Shown: one piece after another, positions 28,647 to 37,065 of the stretch
Position numbering within the stretch: position 1 is the first letter of the stretch
Layout: every line of letters starts with the position of its first letter
Source of the DNA: a virus
Taxonomy: Duplodnaviria > Caudoviricetes
Direction: 5' to 3' (one strand)
DNA: 64,000 nt
IMG/VR virus record: IMGVR_UViG_3300049004_000016
Span: 32,001 to 96,000 of that record
Position numbers and translations under genes: made by a program
The notes under the pieces: model-generated
Seen by the model: only the letters and a program-made list of their open reading frames with translations
What the model was told of the DNA's origin: nothing
Database searches by the model: none

Positions 28647-29035
28647 TCCGCACTATCACGGTGGGACCTTTCCGGGTGTATTTCGGCAACGTCAACGTCC
28701 CGATGGGCATCCGGGGCCATTACCACACCGCTGACGTGTCGCTGGTGTATTCGGTGGGCCCATCCCGCCACGGGTACCCCTCGTTCAAAACCACGAACGA
28801 CGCCATCCGTGACCAGTTGCAGAAGCTGACCAAAGGCATATTCCGGGACGCCACCAACGAGGACGTCGCTGACCGTTTATTCCATGCGTTCGATGGGTGG
28901 GTGGCACCGGAATGGGAACCGTGGGGTGGTGACTACAAACTGGCCGCTGTCCACCTCGACGTGATGGGTGTGTTGGATGACATCGGCCATGACGATTCCA
29001 CCACCAGGTACACCACGGCGAGAGGCCCCGAGTGA
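28640..29035 (+). CDS. Divergent QueD-like T-fold protein (candidate DpdL-type enzyme)
   Basis: GHYH metal motif and ATNEDVA resemble QueD HGH and PTTENIA. Coupled between dpdA and queD. Confidence 0.5.
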   Translation: MLIRTITVGPFRVYFGNVNVPMGIRGHYHTADVSLVYSVGPSRHGYPSFKTTNDAIRDQLQKLTKGIFRDATNEDVADRLFHAFDGWVAPEWEPWGGDYKLAAVHLDVMGVLDDIGHDDSTTRYTTARGPE

Positions 29036-29445
29036 GCGCGTTCATAGCGGTACGGCACAACATTGAGGTAGCACACCGGCTGCACCGGCTACCAGGGAAG
29101 TGCGAGAACATCCACGGCCACTCGATGTGGGTCCAGTTGGAGCTCACCGGGCAGCTCGATCACCGTGGCCTGCTCGATGGCCTGGACTTCGGTGCGGTCA
29201 AACGCGAATACCGCAAGCACCTGGACACCAAGTACGACCACCGGCTGCTGCTGGATGTGGATGACCCGCTGACCTCGGTGGGTGCGGTGAAGCTACCGGG
29301 GTTGCGGCCCACGGCCGGGCAGCCGACCACGGAGAACATCGCCCGGTGGGTCGGTGAGTGGGCGGTGGAGAACTTCCCGTCCGCTACCGGTGGCACGGTC
29401 ACGGTCCATGAGACCCACGTCAACCAGGCCGGGTGGTTGTGGTGA
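29032..29445 (+). CDS. queD: 6-carboxy-5,6,7,8-tetrahydropterin synthase
   Basis: AHRL, CENIHGHS, DFG, DH, PTTENIA, ET. Confidence 0.92.
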   Translation: MSAFIAVRHNIEVAHRLHRLPGKCENIHGHSMWVQLELTGQLDHRGLLDGLDFGAVKREYRKHLDTKYDHRLLLDVDDPLTSVGAVKLPGLRPTAGQPTTENIARWVGEWAVENFPSATGGTVTVHETHVNQAGWLW

Positions 29446-30161
29446 CCGACGACCGGCTGCCGATCTCGGAGATCTTCGGACCGACGATCCAGGGTGAAGG
29501 ACCGGCCGCCGGGCAGTGCGCGACGTTCGTTCGGTTTATGGGCTGCAACCTGTCCTGCTCGTGGTGCGACACCGCATACACCTGGGACGGTGACCGGTTC
29601 GGTTTACGCGTCACCACCAATTGGTGGACACCAACCCAGATCCTGACCGAGGTAGCCAACAGATCAGACACCGGCATCGTTGTCGTCACCGGTGGTGAGC
29701 CACTGCTACGCCAAGACCACCCCGCATGGTCGGAGCTGCTGGCCGGGTTGATGGATGGCGGGTGGCGCCTGCACATCGAAACCAACGGCACCCTGGTCCC
29801 CACTGCGGAGACCTTGGCCGCCGCTGAGTTGATCTGCGTATCCCCGAAACTGGCCAACGCCGGGGAGCACCGGGGCCACCAGAACCCCACACCGCGCGCG
29901 GAGTTCGTGGACCTCGCCCACGCCCACCAATGCCTGCACCTCAAGGTCGTGTGCCAGGACGAGGGTGATGTGGAGCGCGCCGCACGCATGGCTCTGGCCC
30001 TGCGTTGGCCCTGGGGCCGTGTGTGGGTCATGCCGGAAGGCACAACCACGGAGGTCCTGAACCGCCGCTGGCCGGTGATCGCCAGTGCAGCCGCCCGACT
30101 GGGCATCAACGCAACCCACCGACTGCACGTCCTGGCGTGGGGTGACGAAAGGGGCCACTAG
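29442..30161 (+). CDS. queE: 7-carboxy-7-deazaguanine synthase (radical SAM)
   Basis: ISEIFGPTIQGEG, FVRFMGCNLSCSWCDT, TGGEP, IETNG, SPK, RLH. Confidence 0.95.
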   Translation: MTDDRLPISEIFGPTIQGEGPAAGQCATFVRFMGCNLSCSWCDTAYTWDGDRFGLRVTTNWWTPTQILTEVANRSDTGIVVVTGGEPLLRQDHPAWSELLAGLMDGGWRLHIETNGTLVPTAETLAAAELICVSPKLANAGEHRGHQNPTPRAEFVDLAHAHQCLHLKVVCQDEGDVERAARMALALRWPWGRVWVMPEGTTTEVLNRRWPVIASAAARLGINATHRLHVLAWGDERGH

Positions 30162-30721
30162 TGGACGCCGAGCACTACGCGCGGAAGCTGATCGAGGCCC
30201 TGGACATCCCGGAAACGGAATCCACCAAGGACACACCCCGACGCCTGGTGGCTGCGCTCGAGGAAATGACCGCCGGTGTCCGCTTGGACCCCGCCCGGCA
30301 CCTGGCGGTGACGTTCCCCGCTGAGTCCCCCGATCCCGGCATGATCGTGGTGACCGGTATCCCGTTCATCAGCCTGTGTGAGCACCACATGCTCCCGTTC
30401 ACCGGGACCGCGACCGTGGGGTACCTGCCGGCGCCCGCTGCCCGCATCGTGGGGTTGTCGAAGCTGGCGCGGGTGGTCCAGGAGTACGCCGCCCGCCCGC
30501 AGGTCCAGGAACGCTTGGGTGACCTGATCACCACAGCGATCACCACCAACCTGGAGACGCTGGGTGCCGCGTGCGTGATCCGCGCCCACCACTCCTGCCT
30601 GACGTTGCGTGGTGCCCGTGCGACTGGCGCGAGCATGGTCACGTCCCACCTGTCGGGGCGGTTCCGTGATGAGCCGACTGTGCGCGCGGAGTTCCTGGCG
30701 CTGGCGGTGAACACCAACTAG
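30161..30721 (+). CDS. folE: GTP cyclohydrolase I
   Basis: TPRR, SLCEHHMLPF, GLSKLAR, QVQERL, H.C..LRG, RAEFL. Confidence 0.95.
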   Translation: MDAEHYARKLIEALDIPETESTKDTPRRLVAALEEMTAGVRLDPARHLAVTFPAESPDPGMIVVTGIPFISLCEHHMLPFTGTATVGYLPAPAARIVGLSKLARVVQEYAARPQVQERLGDLITTAITTNLETLGAACVIRAHHSCLTLRGARATGASMVTSHLSGRFRDEPTVRAEFLALAVNTN

Positions 30722-30735
30722 CTGGGGGTAGGCCG

Positions 30736-32250
30736 GTGACAGCGACGATTACCGGCCTTGACCTCGCCGCGTGGTCCAGTGCCTTGGACCGTTTGGACCC
30801 ACCACAGATCGATGTGTTCGGGAAGCTGGAATACGTCCCGACACCCAAACAGCAAATGTTCCATGACGCTACTGAGTTCGATGTGCTGTTCGGTGGGTCC
30901 CTCGGTGGTGGCAAGACCCGCGCGTTGACCATGGAAGCGATTAGGGCGTGCATCCGGTATCCCGGTATCCGGGTCGGGGCGTTTCGGAGAACCTACGGTG
31001 AGCTGAAAGAGTCGCTGCTGGCTGAGCTGATGCAAATCAACTACGCGGCAGCGGTGCGCGCGAAGTGGAACGGGTCGGATTACGAGCTGCGGTTCCCCAA
31101 CGGCTCGGTGATCATGTTCCGGTATGCGGAGTCCATGCAAGACGCCACCCGGCGTCAAGGTGGCCAGTACCAGTTGCTGATCTTCGATGAGCGGACGTTG
31201 ACACCCCCGGATGTAGTGTCCTTCCTGGAGTCCCGGCTGCGATCCGGCCGCAAGTCCATCCCGGTGCTCGGTATCAGATCCAGCGCGAACCCCGGTGGAC
31301 CTGGGCACGGCCGGGTGCGCGTGAAGTACGTCGATGCCACCAACTACGGCACCAAAGTCGTCCACGACGAACGCGGCCGGACCATCCGGTTCATCCCGTC
31401 ACGCATGGAAGACAACCCCCACCTGAACCCCGAGTACGAGAACGACCTCCTGGCGCTGCCTGAGGTGTTGCGGCGTGCCCTGCGTGAGGGCGACTGGGGT
31501 GTGTTCTCCGGTCAGGTGTTCTCCGAGTTGTCCCGTGACCGCCATGTGGTGGCACCGATCAACCTGCCGTTGTCGTGGCTGCGGTACAACGGCGTGGACT
31601 GGGGTTACGCCAAACCGTGGGCTGTGCTGTGGGCTGCCGTTGATGAGGACGGCCGGGTGTGGATCTACCGGGAGCTGTACGCCACCGGTGTGGGGGAAGC
31701 GGAGCAGGCCAGACGCATCCTGGCCGCTGAGGCCGACGATGAGAAAGTCACGGTCAGGTACGCCGACGACGCCATGTGGGCGACCCGTGGTGACGCCAAA
31801 CCGATCTCCGACATTTACGCCGAGAACGGTGTCCACCTCACGGAGGCCGGCAAGGGCGCCGGGTCGCGGATCATCGGCTGGCAACGCATCCACTCCTACC
31901 TGGACAACGGGCCCGCGTGCCCCCACCACCGTGCCCTGGGGTGGACCGAGTGCCCGATGCTCCACATTTTCGACACGGTGGAGAACCTGTGGCGGGAGCT
32001 GCGGGACCTCCCACACGCCACCAAAGGTGACCCTGAGGACGCGGACACCACCGCATCCGATCACGCCGCTGACGGGCTGCGTTACCTGCTGATCAACCTG
32101 GGGACCGCGCCACGGTTCCATTTCCCGCCCACCCAACCGGAGGTGACGGTGCTTGACCCCGCCGCCACCGGGCCACGTCCACCGCAGCCACTACCGACGA
32201 TGTACGGCGGGTTCCCCGTCGCGACTGAGGGGACGTCGATATGGGGCTGA
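30736..32250 (+). CDS. terL: Terminase large subunit
   Basis: Walker A GGSLGGGKT, Walker B IFDE, ANPGGPGH, DNPHL, VDWG, DHAADGLRY. Confidence 0.93.
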   Translation: MTATITGLDLAAWSSALDRLDPPQIDVFGKLEYVPTPKQQMFHDATEFDVLFGGSLGGGKTRALTMEAIRACIRYPGIRVGAFRRTYGELKESLLAELMQINYAAAVRAKWNGSDYELRFPNGSVIMFRYAESMQDATRRQGGQYQLLIFDERTLTPPDVVSFLESRLRSGRKSIPVLGIRSSANPGGPGHGRVRVKYVDATNYGTKVVHDERGRTIRFIPSRMEDNPHLNPEYENDLLALPEVLRRALREGDWGVFSGQVFSELSRDRHVVAPINLPLSWLRYNGVDWGYAKPWAVLWAAVDEDGRVWIYRELYATGVGEAEQARRILAAEADDEKVTVRYADDAMWATRGDAKPISDIYAENGVHLTEAGKGAGSRIIGWQRIHSYLDNGPACPHHRALGWTECPMLHIFDTVENLWRELRDLPHATKGDPEDADTTASDHAADGLRYLLINLGTAPRFHFPPTQPEVTVLDPAATGPRPPQPLPTMYGGFPVATEGTSIWG

Positions 32251-33899
32251 GGTCGTTCGTGCGGGAGGTGTTCGGTCGCAGCGAGGTGCAGGAGAAGCCC
32301 GCCGCTACGGCACCGGTCCTGGAGCCACCAACGCCCAAGCAGGCCCGCCGCGCTGGTTTCGAGTACGGCATCCCACTGGGCAACGGTGGTGGTGGCCTGG
32401 ATGTGTCCCGTCAGGTGTCGGCTGGTGCGGAACGCCAACAGACCCTGGCGCAACTCCACCAGCTCTACATGACCTGCGACTGGGTTTCCAGCTCCGTGGA
32501 TGTGGTGGCGCGGACGGTCACTGCCGGCGGGTTGCAGGTGGTGTCAGAGTCCGACGTCCCGGAAGGTGAGCAACCGGCTGATCCCCCGGAGGTCCAGCGC
32601 CTCAAGCGGTTGATGAAGTTCTGCAACCCGCGTGAGGACATGATCCAGTTGCTGCGCAACGTGGTCACGGACCTGGAGTTGTTCGGGGACGCCTACCTGG
32701 AGATCGTGGTTCTGCTGGGTGAGCCGATCGCCCTGTACACGCTCGACGCCACCACGATGACGGTGCTGTCCGATGAGCACGGGGAGGTCAACGGCTACCA
32801 CCAGGACGTTGACGGAGTCCGCACGGCCACGTTCGGCCCCGACGAGGTGATCCACTTCTCGTTGGACGCGCCCCGTGGTGGTTTGTACGGTGTCGGACCG
32901 GCGCAGAAGGTGCTGTTCCCGGCTACTGCGTGGCTGTTCGCCATGGCAACCCTCAAGGAATGCTTCCGCCGGGGTGACCCCCCGCGTATCCACGTTGACC
33001 TGGGTCATTTCCAGGACGGTGACGTGCAGCGGTGGCGTGAGCAGTACATGGTCAACAACCTGGGGCCCAAAGCTGTCGGCACCCCCATCTTGACCACTGG
33101 TGGTGGCGGGGTTCAGGTCCTCGACCCCCACAAGGTCGGGGATTACCTGGAGGCGTGCCGCAGCCTGCGGGATGAGATCGTTTCCGCGTTCGGTGTGCCC
33201 CCCGCGAAGGTCGGCATCATTGAGACCGGCAACCTCGGTGGTGGCACTGGTGAGGCGCAAGACAAAACATTCCGCATCAACACCATTATCCCCATTACCG
33301 CGATCATTCTGGAGAAACTGAATTTCCACCTGCTACAGGTCGGTTTCAAAATAACCAATTACGTCCTGGAGTTCAAAGAGATCGACTACCGGGATTCAGA
33401 AGTGGTGGAGAAGATCCGTGACATGCGTTTGCGGAATGGCTCCTACACCCTGAACCGGTACCGGGATGAGATTGGTGAACCACCGGTTGATGGTGGTGAT
33501 GATGCTGTCCTGGTCGACCGCACCCACATCGTGGCGTGGGTCGATATGGAAGCGATGTCCAAGGCGACCATCGCGACCGCTGTGGCGCCGTTGGTCACGG
33601 CCGGTGTCAACGGGTATGTGCCTGGTGTGCCGGACGCGGAGGAACCGGAACCACCGGCGGCACTGGCTGGTGTCCACCCTGCCGCGCTTGCTGACCCCAA
33701 GGCAGCACCGGGTGGCGCGAAGGACGCGACCCAGGGCAAGGCCCCACCGGAAGGCAAGGACGGCCAAGGCAAGGCACCGAAGGAAACACTGGATGTGCGT
33801 GATCAGCGCCGGTTGTCAGAGTCGTGGCAGCGGGCCTACCGTGCTCGCCGCGCCCAGGCGTTGCGTGAGCTACCTGACCGGGAGTTGATCGACGCATGA
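32241..33899 (+). CDS. Portal protein
   Basis: Follows terL. GDAYLEI, EVIHF, EIVSAFGVPP, TLN.YR..G.PP..GGD. Confidence 0.9.
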   Translation: MGLRSFVREVFGRSEVQEKPAATAPVLEPPTPKQARRAGFEYGIPLGNGGGGLDVSRQVSAGAERQQTLAQLHQLYMTCDWVSSSVDVVARTVTAGGLQVVSESDVPEGEQPADPPEVQRLKRLMKFCNPREDMIQLLRNVVTDLELFGDAYLEIVVLLGEPIALYTLDATTMTVLSDEHGEVNGYHQDVDGVRTATFGPDEVIHFSLDAPRGGLYGVGPAQKVLFPATAWLFAMATLKECFRRGDPPRIHVDLGHFQDGDVQRWREQYMVNNLGPKAVGTPILTTGGGGVQVLDPHKVGDYLEACRSLRDEIVSAFGVPPAKVGIIETGNLGGGTGEAQDKTFRINTIIPITAIILEKLNFHLLQVGFKITNYVLEFKEIDYRDSEVVEKIRDMRLRNGSYTLNRYRDEIGEPPVDGGDDAVLVDRTHIVAWVDMEAMSKATIATAVAPLVTAGVNGYVPGVPDAEEPEPPAALAGVHPAALADPKAAPGGAKDATQGKAPPEGKDGQGKAPKETLDVRDQRRLSESWQRAYRARRAQALRELPDRELIDA

Positions 33900-34210
33900 C
33901 AACGCATGTCGACCAAGCGATGCCGGTGCACCACCCTGGTGTGCCCAGTGTCCAGGCTGCTGTGCGTGCCGACCTGGTGGCACGGGAGGGGGTGGGTGTC
34001 GAGCGGTACGGCACCCCACTCCAGCCGTTCAACGGACGCAGCGCACTACGGGACGCCTATGAGGAGGCGCTGGACTTGGCGTGCTATCTCAAGCAGGCGC
34101 TGATCGAGCAGGAAATGAGGGCAACCCATGGTGGGGACACAGTCGTGTGGTGTGGCACCGCTGGTGATCACCCCGGTGCGGGAGGTGCCGGCGATCCAGT
34201 GGCCGGATGA
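33896..34210 (+). CDS. Small phage protein, possible MazG-like alpha-helical NTP pyrophosphatase
   Basis: G.ERYGT.L...AYEEALDLACYL. Confidence 0.5.
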   Translation: MTTHVDQAMPVHHPGVPSVQAAVRADLVAREGVGVERYGTPLQPFNGRSALRDAYEEALDLACYLKQALIEQEMRATHGGDTVVWCGTAGDHPGAGGAGDPVAG

Positions 34211-34524
34211 GTCACCGAGCCCAGCGTTCTGGGCCTGGTACCTGGCACGTTTCGATCATGAGCGGGAGGCGGATTCATGAACGAGCAAGGCCACCCCACC
34301 AGGGCCCAGGACGTCACACAGTTGATCCAGAAGCGCATCGGGTAATTCCCCCTAGATCCCACCCAATGAATAGGGGTGTGGCGCGGTCCGGTGCACCGGG
34401 TCCACCCGCGCCACACCCCACCTAAGCTGCCTGGCCGTGGCCGGGTGGGTGGTGCTGTGGGTGTCGCTGGTCGCCGGGCTGGTAGCGGCACTGTGGTGGC
34501 AAGCCACCCGGTAGCTTCACTGGG

Positions 34525-34833
34525 GTGCTGTTCCCCGCGTTGACTGACTGGCCGGTGTGGGTGTTCTCGATCGGCACGGTCGTCGCGGTGTGCCTATGCC
34601 TGGGGGAACCGGATGGTGACGGAGGCGTTCTGCCTGGCGTGGTCCCTGCTGGTGTTTTCGACGGTCGGACTGGGGTGGCTGACGTGGACCCTGCTAGCCA
34701 TGGCCATCCCTCGCCCGCGTGGATCGAAACGATGATGCAGTGGATCAACAAACCGTCGATGGTGGTGGCGTTGGGTCTGCTAGCGCTCGGTGTGGTGCTG
34801 ATCATCGTGTTGCGGCCCCGTGACCGGCGGTGA
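34525..34833 (+). CDS. Hypothetical membrane protein
   Basis: Two hydrophobic segments and a basic tail. Confidence 0.4.
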   Translation: MLFPALTDWPVWVFSIGTVVAVCLCLGEPDGDGGVLPGVVPAGVFDGRTGVADVDPASHGHPSPAWIETMMQWINKPSMVVALGLLALGVVLIIVLRPRDRR

Positions 34834-35024
34834 CCGCTCCCAGGGTGGGTGGGTGTTCACCACCGTGGGCGGTGAGCTGTTCATCCCCTGGCCCATGTCC
34901 AGCACCAAAGCCGAACGCCTCGCCGAGGACTTCTGCCAGCGCGTCGGGTGGCCATCACCATCCACCCAACGATTCCTGATCCCCGCGCCGGTCACGAAGG
35001 CGACCAAACCGAAAGGAACCGGCA

Positions 35025-36542
35025 GTGGACGGCGGAATGATCGCGCTACTCCCCGAAGACCCCACCGCGCTGGTCGTTGACAGTAAGAACGCGGAACCGG
35101 CCTCGGAAATACACCTGACGCTGGTCTATCTGGGTGATGACCTGACCGGGTGGGACGACGCCAAACAGGAACGGTTCATCACCCACATCTCCAACGCTGT
35201 CGACGGTGCCGGCGCCATCGAGGCGCGGGTCATGGGCCACGCCACGTTCAACCCTGATGGTGGCCCGGACGGTGACCGTGAGACGTGCGCGGTGCACCTG
35301 GTAGGGGACAGCACTGAGCTCTACCCCCTCCACAAGACGCTGGCCGACACCAGCCGGGCGCTCCTCGGCGCGGACTTTCCCCAACAGCACCAGCCGTTCC
35401 TGCCCCACATCACCGCCGGGTACGGGCTGGCCGCCGGGGATTTGACCTACACCGGGCCGATCGTGTTCAACCGTCTAGTGGTGGCGTTGGCCGGGCGGTG
35501 GGCGGAGATCTCCCTGGTGCCCCCACCGGGGGATGAGGCGATCGCCCCCTACGCCCGCACCGCCTACGCCCAGGGGTGGGCCGCATCCGGGGGGCCGATG
35601 ACCGAACGGGTCCGCGCTGGGTGTGTCGCCGCTGTGGAGTTGGCCATCATCAACGCCGACCAGCCGGGCATCCTTGAGGCCACCATGCAGCTCGGCAAGC
35701 TGGAAGGCACGTGGGCTGCGGTGTACGCCCGCCGGGAGGCTCTGGTCGCCAAGCACCTGCCGGTGGTGCTGGCAGCGTGGCGCCGCGCCGCGCACATGCT
35801 CAACGTCAACGCAGCCATCGACCGGTACAGGCAATCCCTCGGTGTCACTGAGGCCGTGGACATCGACAACACCGACCACCGGCGCATGGTCGCCAACAGC
35901 ATCGCCCAATCCGTGGCGTCGGCTATCGCTGGACCGGATGCGTTGCCGGCCGACCGGGAAACGATCGTGATGGCCGTCGCCGACGCACTGCGGGACGCGC
36001 AAGCGGAGGGCACCGCCGGGGCGATCGTCGCTGGAGCGGATCAGCTCGGTGTGGCCGGGACATCATTCGACCTGGCATTCGCTGACGCCCACCAGGCCCT
36101 CGGGGATCTGGGTAACTACTGGGGTCAGGGCAGTGGGTGGGTCGACCGCATGGTGTCCGGTACCGCCACGGACCTCGGTGGCCGGTTGTCGACGCTGGCC
36201 GCTGACAAAGCCAGCTACGACGACATGCTGACGGCCGCCATGGACGTCATCGGTGGTGACGACATCCGGTCTGTGGAGACCATCCTGGATTTGGCGATGG
36301 GCCAGTCATTCAGTCGTGGCGCCCTGGCGCTGTATGGGCGTGAGGGTGTGACCCAGGTCGATTACGTGACCGCTGGTGGGGAGAACGTGTGCCCGTTGTG
36401 CATCAACGCTGAGTCGGGGAGCCCGTGGGATCGGACGTCGGCGCCGGTTCCACCGCTGCACCCCTATTGCCGGTGCAACCTCCAGGCCACCAACCCCATG
36501 CAGGGCTTGACGGGGTTACTGACCCAGTACCTCGCCAGTTAG
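35025..36542 (+). CDS. MuF-like head protein fused to an N-terminal 2H phosphoesterase domain
   Basis: HLTL and HITA (two HxT motifs) at the N-terminus, CPLC...PPLHPYCRC at the C-terminus. Confidence 0.85.
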   Translation: MDGGMIALLPEDPTALVVDSKNAEPASEIHLTLVYLGDDLTGWDDAKQERFITHISNAVDGAGAIEARVMGHATFNPDGGPDGDRETCAVHLVGDSTELYPLHKTLADTSRALLGADFPQQHQPFLPHITAGYGLAAGDLTYTGPIVFNRLVVALAGRWAEISLVPPPGDEAIAPYARTAYAQGWAASGGPMTERVRAGCVAAVELAIINADQPGILEATMQLGKLEGTWAAVYARREALVAKHLPVVLAAWRRAAHMLNVNAAIDRYRQSLGVTEAVDIDNTDHRRMVANSIAQSVASAIAGPDALPADRETIVMAVADALRDAQAEGTAGAIVAGADQLGVAGTSFDLAFADAHQALGDLGNYWGQGSGWVDRMVSGTATDLGGRLSTLAADKASYDDMLTAAMDVIGGDDIRSVETILDLAMGQSFSRGALALYGREGVTQVDYVTAGGENVCPLCINAESGSPWDRTSAPVPPLHPYCRCNLQATNPMQGLTGLLTQYLAS

Positions 36543-36551
36543 GGGGGACCT

Positions 36552-36797
36552 GTGGGCACGATGCGAGAGCGCATGATGGCCCGCCGGGCCGCTGACCGTG
36601 ACCAGGACGCCACCGATGAGCTGGCGGAGGTCATCACCGATGTGGTCGCGGAGATCTTCGATGAGTTGCTGATCGAGGCGCTGAAACAGCCGGACATCCG
36701 CACCGCCATCAGCAACCTGGTGTCGGCCAGCAAACGCCCGGTGGCTACCCGGATGCCGGCGCGTGCGTCTGCGGTGAAGGCCCAACGCCACCGGTAA
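36552..36797 (+). CDS. Hypothetical protein
   Basis: ORF between MuF and protease with RBS. Confidence 0.45.
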   Translation: MGTMRERMMARRAADRDQDATDELAEVITDVVAEIFDELLIEALKQPDIRTAISNLVSASKRPVATRMPARASAVKAQRHR

Positions 36798-37065
36798 CGC
36801 GGCCCTTGCGGTGTCGCCCACCGGGCTGCGACTCCAAGATCACAATGCGGGTTGCAGGCCACTGACCAGCTAGCCGGTCGGTCTCAGCCAGCAGGATCTT
36901 GCGGCGGATGTCTTCGATAAGGGCCATGACGTCCCCCTCCGGGCGCGCGGTCACCAAGGTGTTCAGCCACATGGCCCGAGCTGGACTCGCGCAATTTAAC
37001 GCTACTGACCGTCATGGCGCACCGCCGGACGGTTACTTGCTGGTGAGCTAAAGAGGGAGACACCC

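Noticed and set aside
27573-30721. Queuosine tRNA-modification operon
   Set aside because: No queC/queF/queA, the transglycosylase resembles phage DpdA rather than bacterial Tgt, and the terminase context favours DNA modification.
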